DNA from: an uncultured Bacteroidia bacterium
GTDB taxonomy: Bacteria; Bacteroidota; Bacteroidia; JAIBAJ01
Assembly (NCBI GenBank): GCA_965284645.1
Contig: OZ260106.1
Location: forward strand, 342,992 to 406,991
Reading direction: 5' to 3'
Length of the DNA stretch: 64,000 nucleotides
A program made the translations under genes and the position numbers. The notes below the pieces were generated by a model that was not told the DNA's origin, did not search any database, and was given only the letters and a program-made list of their open reading frames with translations. The number at the start of each line of letters is the position of its first letter. Positions within the stretch are counted from its first letter, which is position 1. Positions 1 through 9,234 of this stretch are shown piece after piece.

Positions 1-75
1 TAGTCAAATTGATTAATTTGGGTTTAATTAGGTCTACCCCCATTAAGTAGTTTTAATACGGAATTTGGTTGAAAC

Positions 76-112
76 AAAAAACGCCCTGTTCTTAGATAAG
101 TCAGGGCGTTTT
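76..112 (-). terminator. Rho-independent terminator downstream of the beta-helix lipoprotein gene
   Basis: Perfect hairpin AACGCCCTG..(13 nt)..CAGGGCGTT at 80-110. On the minus strand it is followed by TTTTTTGTTTC. It lies 20 bp past the stop of the 131..1357 gene. Confidence 0.55.
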
Positions 113-130
113 GATTCGAAAGCTATTGTT

Positions 131-1357
131 CTAATTTTTTGCCTCAGCGTTTGGTTTCTGAACGGGCTCCAAGGTACAATCAAACGATTTAATATCAGTT
201 GATACGTTTTTGAAATTGTTCGGACCGTCTACATTGGCAAATGTTGCTGCGCCATTGTTTTTGATACAAATTCTGTTTTCAGGAGCTACACCCGTTTTGG
301 CATTTACCACAGCCGGATCATAAAAACCATCAAAAATGATATCCGGAATATTTGCACCAAATACTCCTGCCAAAAGTTTCCCAATCATTCGGGAAGTATC
401 AGGCAATGCCTCTTGACGCTTAATTTCATTGTCGTGTATATAAACTGCATAGGTGTAAGGATTGTAAAGTGTATCGCTATACTCTTTTCCAGAGGTAAGG
501 AAAGACGCTACACAAATGCCTAATGTATTGTTGTTAATTACTTTATTGTTGGTCAATTCTACATTATTGTAGGCCATAACCAACATTCCCATTCCTGCTG
601 GAACCAAGGCAACTGTATTACCCGGAGGGCCAAAGTTGGCAAGGTTGTTCTCATGCACATTGTTGTTATGTACATATACATCGCGACCATTTTTTACTGG
701 AACTTCAGGCATATCAAATACCATAATTCCTCCAGTATTGTTATAGGCTTCGTTTTCATAAACATCGGCAGCTGTTGTATTTTCAATTTCAATTCCAGCT
801 ACATTTTCATGAACTTTATTATTGCGAACGATTACATTTTTAGATTGTCCCACATAAATTCCAGCATCCGAAGCCCCATACACATCGCAGTTTTCAATCA
901 AAACACCATCGCAAGTAACTGGATATAGTCCGTATGCACCATTCGTGGTTTTTGGTCCTTCTGTCCAACCGATTCTCACATTTCTTACCACAATGTTTTT
1001 TGAGTTCTGAATTTTAATGGCATCACCTTTGGCATCTTCTACAGCAAATCCTTCCAAAGTGCAATTATCGGCTTTGATGCCCAATCCTTGAGGACCTTCG
1101 CTTTGTTCTTTAAAACTTAAAATGGTTTTGTCAGGACCTTTTCCTTTTATGGTAATGTTTGCTATGCCCTCCATTGTCAAACCTTTGGTAAAGCTGAACT
1201 TCCCTTCAGGCAATTCAATGGTTTCACCAGGTTTGGCATTAATAAGTTTTTCTTGGATTTCTTTAAATATGGCTTCATCATTTGGTTTTGAAGTGCCGCA
1301 AGAAGAAATCTGGAACGCCATTAAAGCAGATCCAAAGACATAAAGGAGTTTTTTCAT
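131..1357 (-). CDS. Right-handed parallel beta-helix repeat lipoprotein (pectate-lyase-fold, PbH1 repeats)
   Basis: 408-aa ORF with a lipoprotein signal (MKKLLYVFGSALMAFQISSCG). It has repeated Asn-rich PbH1-type turns (NVRIGW.., NCDVYGASDAGIYV, NNKVHENVAGIEIENTT, NEAYNNTGGIMVF, NNNVHENN, NNKVINNNTLGI). Confidence 0.75.
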   Translation of the reverse strand: MKKLLYVFGSALMAFQISSCGTSKPNDEAIFKEIQEKLINAKPGETIELPEGKFSFTKGLTMEGIANITIKGKGPDKTILSFKEQSEGPQGLGIKADNCTLEGFAVEDAKGDAIKIQNSKNIVVRNVRIGWTEGPKTTNGAYGLYPVTCDGVLIENCDVYGASDAGIYVGQSKNVIVRNNKVHENVAGIEIENTTAADVYENEAYNNTGGIMVFDMPEVPVKNGRDVYVHNNNVHENNLANFGPPGNTVALVPAGMGMLVMAYNNVELTNNKVINNNTLGICVASFLTSGKEYSDTLYNPYTYAVYIHDNEIKRQEALPDTSRMIGKLLAGVFGANIPDIIFDGFYDPAVVNAKTGVAPENRICIKNNGAATFANVDGPNNFKNVSTDIKSFDCTLEPVQKPNAEAKN

Positions 1358-1427
1358 TTAGGGGGGTTAAATAGGTTGGACGAAAATAACTAAATTTATT
1401 TATCTACCAAACCTTATCCTAAATTCC

Positions 1428-2723
1428 TTATTTGCCTGTTTGCATGAGATCTTCGATATGCTCGGCTTCAATTGGTATTTGTTCCATCAAGTCGACAGGT
1501 TTTCCCAAAGTAACCAGGATATTATTCTCAATTCGGATTCCCAAATCCTCTTCCTGGATATAGATACCTGGCTCACAGGTAAAGACCATTCCCGGTTGAA
1601 TTGGCGCAAATCGATCCCCGATATCGTGCACATCCAATCCTAAGAAATGTCCAATCCCATGTGGATAATATTTGAAGTAGGCTGGCCTTTCCGGACTAGC
1701 ACTTTTAACATCATCCTGAGAAATAAGTCCTAAAACCAGCAATTCTTCCTGAATCATCAAACCAGCCGCTTTACGGAGGTCATCTAAACACTTTCCGGGC
1801 ACCATCAAATCTTTAATTTGTTTGTGTACCCGCAATACTGAATTATAAACATCCTTTTGTCGTTGGGTGAATTTACCATTTACTGGTATGCAACGCGTTA
1901 AATCTGCATTGTAATTGGCATAATTAGCACCAAAATCCATCAACAGGATATCGCCATCCTTACATGGTTTATTGTTTTCAATATAGTGCAGCACGCAAGC
2001 GCTTCCTCCCGATGCAATAATTGGCTCATAGGCATGGCCGGTAGCTCTGTTTCGAATAAATTCATGGATGATTTCCGCCTCCACTTCATATTCCATTACA
2101 CCCGGTTTCACAAAGTTCAAAACCCTTCGGAAAGCACTGTCCGTTATCGAAATAGCCTTTCTTAGCATATCTACCTCAATGGAAGATTTTATAGCACGCA
2201 ATTCGGCCATAATTGGTCCTGATCGATGGTACGAATGCAACGGAAATTTGGCTTTTAGCTCGTTAGCAAAACGGAGGTCTTTGTAGGGAACTGTCCAGCT
2301 CGACCGGTCGTTTTCATTCAGGTTGAGGTATACGTTTTCAGCATGGCAGAGCACATAATTCAAAACTGCTTCAAAACTTTCAACCCACATTACTTTTCGA
2401 ATACCCGAAGTTGCGGTTGCTTCAGGTTTGGTATATTTATGACCTTCCCAAGTGGCCAAATGCTCGTTTGTTTCTACTACAAACAACACTTCTCTATAAT
2501 CCGAATTGGGGCAATCAGGTGCGAGAATCAAGATGGATTTTTCCTGATCAATCCCTGTTAAATAAAAGAAATCACTGTTTTGGCGAAACGGATAAATGGC
2601 GTCACCATTCAGCGGCATTTGTTCATTGGAATGAAAAATGGCCACCGAGTTGGATTTCAGTTTGTTTTTATAACGTTGGCGATTTTCTAAAAATAAATCG
2701 TTCGGAAGTGCAGTATATTTCAT
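1428..2723 (-). CDS. pepP: Xaa-Pro aminopeptidase (M24B family, aminopeptidase P-like)
   Basis: 431 aa. The N-terminal AMP_N-like region is followed by the pita-bread catalytic domain, with metal ligand motifs DFGANYANYNADLTRC and HGIGHFLGLDVHD and a GMVFTCEPGIY.. E-containing tail. Confidence 0.85.
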   Translation of the reverse strand: MKYTALPNDLFLENRQRYKNKLKSNSVAIFHSNEQMPLNGDAIYPFRQNSDFFYLTGIDQEKSILILAPDCPNSDYREVLFVVETNEHLATWEGHKYTKPEATATSGIRKVMWVESFEAVLNYVLCHAENVYLNLNENDRSSWTVPYKDLRFANELKAKFPLHSYHRSGPIMAELRAIKSSIEVDMLRKAISITDSAFRRVLNFVKPGVMEYEVEAEIIHEFIRNRATGHAYEPIIASGGSACVLHYIENNKPCKDGDILLMDFGANYANYNADLTRCIPVNGKFTQRQKDVYNSVLRVHKQIKDLMVPGKCLDDLRKAAGLMIQEELLVLGLISQDDVKSASPERPAYFKYYPHGIGHFLGLDVHDIGDRFAPIQPGMVFTCEPGIYIQEEDLGIRIENNILVTLGKPVDLMEQIPIEAEHIEDLMQTGK

Positions 2724-2892
2724 GAGAATATTTGCCCAAAGATAAAAGTTTGGGCTGCAGATTTAACCTGAAAAACAAACAAGATAAAAACCCCGAAGAA
2801 GGGCTTGGTTATTCAATTTTTTCGAACGACCTAAATTACTCCTCTTTAATTTTTCGAGCTTTTTCTTTTATAAATGTTAAAATTAGGGAATC

Positions 2893-4587
2893 CTATTTGA
2901 CGTGAACCACTTTTCGACTTAGCATATGGGTGGGCGATGATATCATAATGCCGTACACCCCTGAAGCTAGACCTAGGTCGGAGGCATTGATACCAATAGT
3001 ATGTTCACCAGCCTTGAACTCCGCATCAAGTAAAAGCAGATTTTTTTCATCCATACCACACATTTCCACCCTTATTTTTTGCTTTTGTGACAAGGTAAAT
3101 TTCAACTCCGCAGTTTTACTAAATGGATTAGGGAAAACTGTTACATCGGAAATCAAATGTTTGGAATTGGGAAGCTTTTGAATGGCAGTATTGGAAGTTG
3201 AATCTGCATCCTTAAACAAAGTAAAATGATCAATTATCTCTCCTTTTCCATTCAGGTGTTTACCATCTAACCGGTTATCTACTATATCCATTACAAAAGT
3301 TCCTACGCAGGTGTCGCAGCCATATCCAGCATACATTACAGGGTGATTTAGGGGAGCCGCATCATCGCTACTGCCTGAGTTACCGCAAATTACATAAACC
3401 GTACCTTGGTTAGCATTTGGACCAACCGTGTTTTTATGGTAAGCTTCTCCTAAATCTTCTCTACCTGAACCTGCATCCAAAACCATGGTTTGGGCATTAA
3501 AATCAGGCAAATCGGAGTAGAATCCCTTCATTAGGTATGATCGTTCATATACATGGCTGTGTCCACAAACCACTAAGTCTACTCCATATTGCTCTAAAAT
3601 TGGTATAATGTTCTCCCGCATAGCCTTCATATAAACTTCCCAAAAAGCATCTGCGTCATGACTTCCGGCAGTATACGGTGGCTGGTGAAAATAGGCAATA
3701 ACCCAAGGTTTGGTATTGGCCTGTAAATCGGCATGTAGCCAATTGGTAAATGGAGAGGAATTAAAGCTACTAATCAAATTCACACCAATCCAATCATCCG
3801 AAGAACTAAATAAAGAACCAATTTCAGAATTTAAGGATAAAAAGTGTGCATTGCCATAATCGTAAGAATAATACAATTCATTACCAGAGGCTACTCCACC
3901 ACTTTCTCCATTCCTAGGCACATCTACCATATCGAAATACGGACCACTGTGTTCGAGCGGTGGTTGTGGATTTGTTACAGGTGAAATCGAATTGTAATCG
4001 TGGTTGCCCGGCGATGGCATAAAAGGCAAAAAATTAAAAATGCTATCATATCCATAAACCGAATCAAAAACCTTTGCCTGGTATTCTGCATCCGTTCCAT
4101 CATCATAAACATTATCTCCAAACCAAATCCACAAATCAGTCTCTGACGCACCTTGGTAATTCATGTAGGCTCTTCTGCAATCCGTTTGTTTGCTATTTCC
4201 TTTACCGAAATCCCCAATACCCCATACACGAATGGGTTGAACTGTCCCCGGCATTGGCCAAGTTTTAAAACGATGCTGATTATCTCCTCCTTCCACAATG
4301 GTGCCAGCCGAATCGGCAATGGCATAATAATAGGTGGTATAAGAATCTAAACCAGTAATGGCAACGGTATGGTTAATTGCCATGCCAGGAACCGAGGCTG
4401 TATTGGTTAAATCATTCGGACTTAATCCATATTTTACCACTGAGGCTGTTTCTGCATCAGTACGCCACATTACCTTAATACCACTCCAGTTGGGACTTTG
4501 TAAATAAGGACCTCGAACGATGTTCTGTGCTTGAATGGTAATTAATCCGGTAAAACCAAACAGGGCAAGGGTAAATAGTTTTTTCAT
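2893..4587 (-). CDS. Calcineurin-like metallophosphoesterase (purple-acid-phosphatase-like) with T9SS C-terminal sorting domain
   Basis: The ORF track starts at 4632, but the likely start is Met16 (MKKLFTLALFGFTGLITIQAQN signal peptide). It carries GDFG.., GDNVYDDG and GNHDY phosphoesterase motifs. The C-terminal about 80 aa (VFPNPFSKTAELKF...GVYGIMISS..) is a typical T9SS (Por) CTD. Confidence 0.75.
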   Translation of the reverse strand: MKKLFTLALFGFTGLITIQAQNIVRGPYLQSPNWSGIKVMWRTDAETASVVKYGLSPNDLTNTASVPGMAINHTVAITGLDSYTTYYYAIADSAGTIVEGGDNQHRFKTWPMPGTVQPIRVWGIGDFGKGNSKQTDCRRAYMNYQGASETDLWIWFGDNVYDDGTDAEYQAKVFDSVYGYDSIFNFLPFMPSPGNHDYNSISPVTNPQPPLEHSGPYFDMVDVPRNGESGGVASGNELYYSYDYGNAHFLSLNSEIGSLFSSSDDWIGVNLISSFNSSPFTNWLHADLQANTKPWVIAYFHQPPYTAGSHDADAFWEVYMKAMRENIIPILEQYGVDLVVCGHSHVYERSYLMKGFYSDLPDFNAQTMVLDAGSGREDLGEAYHKNTVGPNANQGTVYVICGNSGSSDDAAPLNHPVMYAGYGCDTCVGTFVMDIVDNRLDGKHLNGKGEIIDHFTLFKDADSTSNTAIQKLPNSKHLISDVTVFPNPFSKTAELKFTLSQKQKIRVEMCGMDEKNLLLLDAEFKAGEHTIGINASDLGLASGVYGIMISSPTHMLSRKVVHVK

Positions 4588-4706
4588 GGTCAAATTATCG
4601 TCAAATATAGAAAAGTCAACGAAATAAAGCATAAGCCAAGATTATCTTTCCATAAATTTTTTATCGCCCCCAAATATTGTCTTATTTTGCAGAAAAGAAT
4701 CAAGCT

Positions 4707-5483
4707 ATGTCAAAACGTCCTACCATTCTGGTTACCAATGATGATGGAATTACTGCCCCTGGCATTCGGGCTTTAGTGGAAGCAATGCAGGAAATAGGAG
4801 ATGTGGTAGTGGTTGCCCCAGACAGTCCTCAAAGTGCTATGGGACATGCCATCACAATTAGCAAACCTTTACGATTATATAAAACCGAAATACACGGAGA
4901 GGTACTGGGCTACCAATGCAGCGGAACCCCTGTGGATTGTGTAAAACTAGCCGTAAACCAGATTTTACATAAGGCCCCAGATTTATGTGTGAGCGGAATC
5001 AATCATGGAAGCAATTCTTCCATCAACATCATTTATTCGGGCACCATGAGTGCCGCCATGGAAGGGGCCATTGAAGGTATTCCTAGTATCGGCTTTTCTT
5101 TGCTGAACTATTCCTTAGAAGCTGATTTTTCAGCTGCCAAAGAAGTGGCTTCCAGGGTGGTAAAACAGGTTTTGAAAAATGGTCTGCCAAAGGATACTTT
5201 GTTAAATGTTAATATTCCAAACCTCCCCTGGGATCAAATGAAAGGCATGAAAATTTGCCGACAAGCCCGGGCCAAATGGAAGGAAGAATTTGATGAAAGA
5301 AAAGACCCTACAGGTCGACCATACTATTGGCTTACTGGTAAATTCATTAACATGGACAAGGGTGAAGACACCGATGAATGGGCTTTGGAAAATGGGTATG
5401 TATCTATAGTTCCAGTACAATTTGATTTAACCGCCCACCATGCTGTTTCGTTGCTAAACCAATGGGAATTCAATGGAAAGTAA
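4707..5483 (+). CDS. surE: 5'/3'-nucleotidase SurE
   Basis: MSKRPTILVTNDDGITAPGIRAL.. is the canonical SurE N-terminus (DDG metal site). Length is about 258 aa. The start was chosen at the internal Met11 of the ORF-track ORF. Confidence 0.9.
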   Translation: MSKRPTILVTNDDGITAPGIRALVEAMQEIGDVVVVAPDSPQSAMGHAITISKPLRLYKTEIHGEVLGYQCSGTPVDCVKLAVNQILHKAPDLCVSGINHGSNSSINIIYSGTMSAAMEGAIEGIPSIGFSLLNYSLEADFSAAKEVASRVVKQVLKNGLPKDTLLNVNIPNLPWDQMKGMKICRQARAKWKEEFDERKDPTGRPYYWLTGKFINMDKGEDTDEWALENGYVSIVPVQFDLTAHHAVSLLNQWEFNGK

Positions 5484-5790
5484 AATAAAATTGCAAAAAG
5501 ACTCGAAACTAACGGGTTTCTTATCTGGGTTGGTTTTACCTCCCATCTTCATGTATTTGTACTGGTTAATTTTTCTAAGAACTAGCCTTCCCGATTTGGT
5601 AATTTTCCGATTGATGCATCAAAGCCAATTGGCACCTTTGATTGGCTTATCCCAATTGGTCAATGCCGGACTATTTTTCTTTTTTATCAAAAAATGGGAA
5701 GCCGATGAAAGCAGCAAAGGCGTCATTTTCGCGATGCTGGTTTATGGTGCTATCATCGTTTACCTAAAAATGGATACATTATGGATGTGA
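5473..5790 (+). CDS. Small hypothetical integral membrane protein (3 predicted TM segments)
   Basis: 105-aa ORF overlapping the surE stop by 11 nt. It has three hydrophobic stretches (LSGLVLPPIFMYLYWLIFL; LIGLSQLVNAGLFFFFI; VIFAMLVYGAIIVYL). No family was recognised. Confidence 0.45.
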   Translation: MESKIKLQKDSKLTGFLSGLVLPPIFMYLYWLIFLRTSLPDLVIFRLMHQSQLAPLIGLSQLVNAGLFFFFIKKWEADESSKGVIFAMLVYGAIIVYLKMDTLWM

Positions 5791-5793
5791 CGA

Positions 5794-8700
5794 TTACCAT
5801 TTCGTTTCTCTGTCAAATAGCTCCTTCGATGCATTTTCTCCATTTTTGAAATAGTAAATACCACCCCAGTTCCATTTTACTTTTTGGTATTCATTTACAT
5901 TAGTGGGTCCGCGGTTTACCACTACCCGAGTTATGGTTTTATTAGTTTCTTGAATAATATCCTCGGATACCCCTTCAGGATACTTCTTGTAAAGCTCAGC
6001 CATGTAATCCGCCTTGGTTTTTGCAAGCGGTGCAACTGAAACTTGTCCATTTTTGGCTGAATACTCTGCCTCCAATTTTGCCCTTAGTTCTTTTTCTATT
6101 TCTGCTTGTTTGCTCAAGGCGTCCTGTTTGGCCATTTCCTTAGCCTTCTTTTCAAAATCCTTTTTGGCATGAAACTCGGTAGAAGCCTGCCACTGCTCTT
6201 CATTGCGTTTGAGTCGGGCCGCTTCCATTTCAGCCTTTTCTTTAGCACTCATTTCTTTATGCTCTGCTGCAAGTTTTGCAGCCTCGGCTTTGTTCAGTCT
6301 ATCCAACTCCATTTGCCTTTCTTTTTCAATGGAGGCAGCAGTTTTAGCCGAATCTCTCTTCTGCATATCAAAGGCTAACTGTTCTTCCCTCGTTCTTTTT
6401 TTAGCCTCCTTTTCGGCCGTTGCTTTTTCAAGAGAGGTTTGTTTTGCCTCGGTATTGGCAGTGAGCTGTGCTTGTCTTAAGGAATCTTTCTCGGCTTTGG
6501 TTTCTGTTCTGTATTCTTTAGTTTTTTCTTGCCATTGGGCTTTTGCTGCATCGTATTCCTGCTTTTGCTTTTCTTTAAAGGCGGTTTCAGCTGCTTTCAC
6601 CGAATCCCTTACAAAAGCTTCTCTGGCAAGTTGCGCCTCCCTTTTCTGTTGAAATTCCGCTTTATCTTGGTCTGCCTTTTCTTTCGACACTTGTTTTTGG
6701 TTGTTAAAAACCTCCACTTGGCTTGTTCGAGTGGCATCCTTTTCCTGCTTTTGCTTTTCCCTGTATTCAGTTGTCATTTGAGTTAAACTCTCTTTCTCCA
6801 ACTGATGGATTTCGGCTTGTTTCGCCTTTTGCTCCTTTACAGCAGTTTGCACCGAGTCTCTTATCCTCGCCTCTCTTGCCAATTGCTCTTCCCTATTTAA
6901 TTGTCTTTCAGTTTTTGTAGTGGTAGCAATCTCCAAAGACCTCTGCTTGTCCGATTCGAATTCAGCCTTTTGAGCATTTCGAAGGCTATCCTTATTTTGT
7001 TTTTGGGTTTCTCTGTAGTTTGCCGTTTGGTGAAGCAATTCTTCCTTTTTCCTTTGGTATTCTGCTAATCGCGACTCCTTTTCCTGTTGGGCTTTCTGTT
7101 TAGCGGCTTCCCTTTCGGCAGTTTCCTCTTCTAAGAGTTTGGCCTTTTTCTCCTCATTCATCTTGGCTTCCAACTCATTCCTTATTTTCCTTTCCAACTC
7201 CATTCTTAGCGCTTCTTCTGCCTTTCTGTTTTCTTCTGCGGTGGTACTTTCTACAAATACTTCTGCTTCTAGCGCTTGTCGATCTTGCCAAGCTTCATCA
7301 TTCTTTGCCTTTTTCTCCTTTTGTTGTTCTAAATATAGTTTCTCTTGTTCCTTTTCGGCCAACCTTCTATTTTCCGCTTCCTCCCTTGCTTTTTGCAGGG
7401 CAAGGCGTTTTGCTTCTTCTTCCTGTCTTTTCTTTTCTTCGGCTTGAACCTTTCTTTGTTGGGCCTCTTCAAAGGCCTTTTGTTGTTTTTGACGTAATTC
7501 TTCTTCTGCACTTATGGCTGCTTTCTGCATCACCACTACATCTTGGGAGTGTGATTTGGCATCTGCTTCTTGTTTTGCCCTTTCCGAAGCTTCTTCTTTG
7601 GCCTTTTGTTGGGCCTTCATTTTCATTTCTATTTCAATTGCCTTTCTCTCTGCTTCTTGGGCAGCCCTTTGGTCGGCTTCTTCGGCTCCTTGTTGTTGGG
7701 CCAAAAGTGCCTTTTCCCTCTCTGCTTTGGCCTTGTTTTCAGCAGCAGTTCGGGCATCTTCTTCCGCCTTAGCTTGGGCTGCAGCCATACTTTTACGCCT
7801 TTCCTCCTCTTGTGCAATTTTTTCAGCTTGAGCCTTTGCAGAAACCTCTGCCGCTAGGCGCTTTTCTTCCTCTGCTTGGGCTAAGGCGGCGGCTATGGCA
7901 TTTTTCTTGGCTTCTTCTTGCGCTTTTTTGTCGGCCTCTGCCTTGGCCTTTGTCTCAGCTGCCATTCGTTTTTCTTCTTCGGCTTTTACCTTTGCTTCGG
8001 CTTCTGCCTTTTGCTTGTTTTCGGAAGCAATACGTTTATCCTCTTCGGCCTTAGCTTGGGCAGCAGCAATTGCCTTTTTCTTCGCCTCTTCTTGGGCTTT
8101 CTTTTCACTTTCGGCTTTTGATTGTGCCTCGGCAGCCAATCGTTTTTCCTCCTCTGCTTTGGCCTTTGCTTCTGCCTCTGCTTTCATTTTATTTTCTGCC
8201 GCAATCCGCTTATCTTCTTCTTCCTTCGCCTGTGCCGCTGCAATGGCTTTTTTCTTTGCTTCCTCCTTAGCCTTCTTTTCTGCTTCAGCTTGTGCCTCAG
8301 CTTCTGCTGCTAAACGTTTTTGTTCTTCAACCTTGGCTTTGGCCTCTGCTTCTGCCTTGGCTTTGGCTTCTGCGGCTATTCTTTTCTCTTCCTCCAATTT
8401 TGCTTTTGCCTCGGCTTCGGCCTTAGCTTTGGCTTCTGCGGCAATTCGAACGGCTTCTGCTTTGGCTTTGGCTTTTGCCTCAGCTTCAGCCTTGGCTTTC
8501 GCCTCAGCGGCCAAACGCTTTTCTTCTTCCGCTTTGGCTTTAGCTTCCGCCTCTGCTTTAGCTTTAGCCTCAGCAGCAATTCGAGCGGCCTCGGCCTTCG
8601 CCTTTGCTTCGGCTTCGGACTTTGCTTTCGCCTCGGCTTCGGCTTTTGCTTTGGCAGCTGCAGCCTCTTGCTTTTTAGCCTCTTCCATTGCCTTTTTTTC

Positions 8701-9234
8701 GGCCTGAGCTTTTGCTGCTGCCTCCGCTGCCTTTTTATCTTCAGCAATTTCAGCCGCCTTTTCTACTTCCTCCTGCTTCTTTTGGAACTGCATACTGTAA
8801 TCCAAGTCGTAGTTGAAATCCTGAGTTTTGTTGTCCCAACTGATTTTTGCAACCGGATTATTGTAAATCCCAACATTGGTATTGTCCTGGGGTTTGAACA
8901 ACTCCACAACAAAGGTAAACTCCGAGTTCCTAGAGGAACTATCATTCGGAATATCGGTTAGAAACTGAAGCTTTTTAGTAACATACCCTTCTTTCGAAAA
9001 CTCAACTATATATTCGGTTTTCAATCCAAGCTTATACAGAATTTTCCCGTTTTCGGTGGTTACAAATTCATCCTCTACCCTGCCCTTTTCGATATACTTA
9101 ACTGTAACTCCAGACAAGTTCTTTTTCCCTTCTTTCACTACTCCTTTTATCTCCAAATTTTGTGACCAAGTTTGAAGGGAAATAAAGAAGAACAGTATGA
9201 TGATTGGGAATTTCAGCCTACGTTTGTGCAGCAT
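5794..9234 (-). CDS. Secreted repeat protein: CarbopepD_reg-like N-domain, about 900-aa Ala/Glu/Lys-rich coiled-coil repeat region, small C-terminal globular domain
   Basis: The ORF track starts at 9276, but the likely start is Met15 (MLHKRRLKFPIIILFFFISLQTWSQN signal peptide). An N-terminal beta-sandwich-like segment (EIKGVVKEGKKNLSGVTVKYIEKGRV..) is followed by hundreds of residues of KAEAEAKAKAEEEKRLAAEAK-type imperfect tandem repeats (period about 58 aa), then Q/E/K/R-rich helix. The unique C-terminal end is ..ITRVVVNRGPTNVNEYQKVKWNWGGIYYFKNG... Codon usage is coherent over 3.4 kb. Confidence 0.7.
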   Translation of the reverse strand: MLHKRRLKFPIIILFFFISLQTWSQNLEIKGVVKEGKKNLSGVTVKYIEKGRVEDEFVTTENGKILYKLGLKTEYIVEFSKEGYVTKKLQFLTDIPNDSSSRNSEFTFVVELFKPQDNTNVGIYNNPVAKISWDNKTQDFNYDLDYSMQFQKKQEEVEKAAEIAEDKKAAEAAAKAQAEKKAMEEAKKQEAAAAKAKAEAEAKAKSEAEAKAKAEAARIAAEAKAKAEAEAKAKAEEEKRLAAEAKAKAEAEAKAKAKAEAVRIAAEAKAKAEAEAKAKLEEEKRIAAEAKAKAEAEAKAKVEEQKRLAAEAEAQAEAEKKAKEEAKKKAIAAAQAKEEEDKRIAAENKMKAEAEAKAKAEEEKRLAAEAQSKAESEKKAQEEAKKKAIAAAQAKAEEDKRIASENKQKAEAEAKVKAEEEKRMAAETKAKAEADKKAQEEAKKNAIAAALAQAEEEKRLAAEVSAKAQAEKIAQEEERRKSMAAAQAKAEEDARTAAENKAKAEREKALLAQQQGAEEADQRAAQEAERKAIEIEMKMKAQQKAKEEASERAKQEADAKSHSQDVVVMQKAAISAEEELRQKQQKAFEEAQQRKVQAEEKKRQEEEAKRLALQKAREEAENRRLAEKEQEKLYLEQQKEKKAKNDEAWQDRQALEAEVFVESTTAEENRKAEEALRMELERKIRNELEAKMNEEKKAKLLEEETAEREAAKQKAQQEKESRLAEYQRKKEELLHQTANYRETQKQNKDSLRNAQKAEFESDKQRSLEIATTTKTERQLNREEQLAREARIRDSVQTAVKEQKAKQAEIHQLEKESLTQMTTEYREKQKQEKDATRTSQVEVFNNQKQVSKEKADQDKAEFQQKREAQLAREAFVRDSVKAAETAFKEKQKQEYDAAKAQWQEKTKEYRTETKAEKDSLRQAQLTANTEAKQTSLEKATAEKEAKKRTREEQLAFDMQKRDSAKTAASIEKERQMELDRLNKAEAAKLAAEHKEMSAKEKAEMEAARLKRNEEQWQASTEFHAKKDFEKKAKEMAKQDALSKQAEIEKELRAKLEAEYSAKNGQVSVAPLAKTKADYMAELYKKYPEGVSEDIIQETNKTITRVVVNRGPTNVNEYQKVKWNWGGIYYFKNGENASKELFDRETKW

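Noticed and set aside
7139-8961. Plus-strand ORFs encoding poly-Ala/Ser/Phe/Leu proteins (for example 7895..8707, 270 aa; 8320..8961)
   Set aside because: They are reverse-complement reading frames of the GCn/AAG/GAA-rich KAEAE repeat region of the minus-strand gene. The composition is purely a mirror of the real gene.
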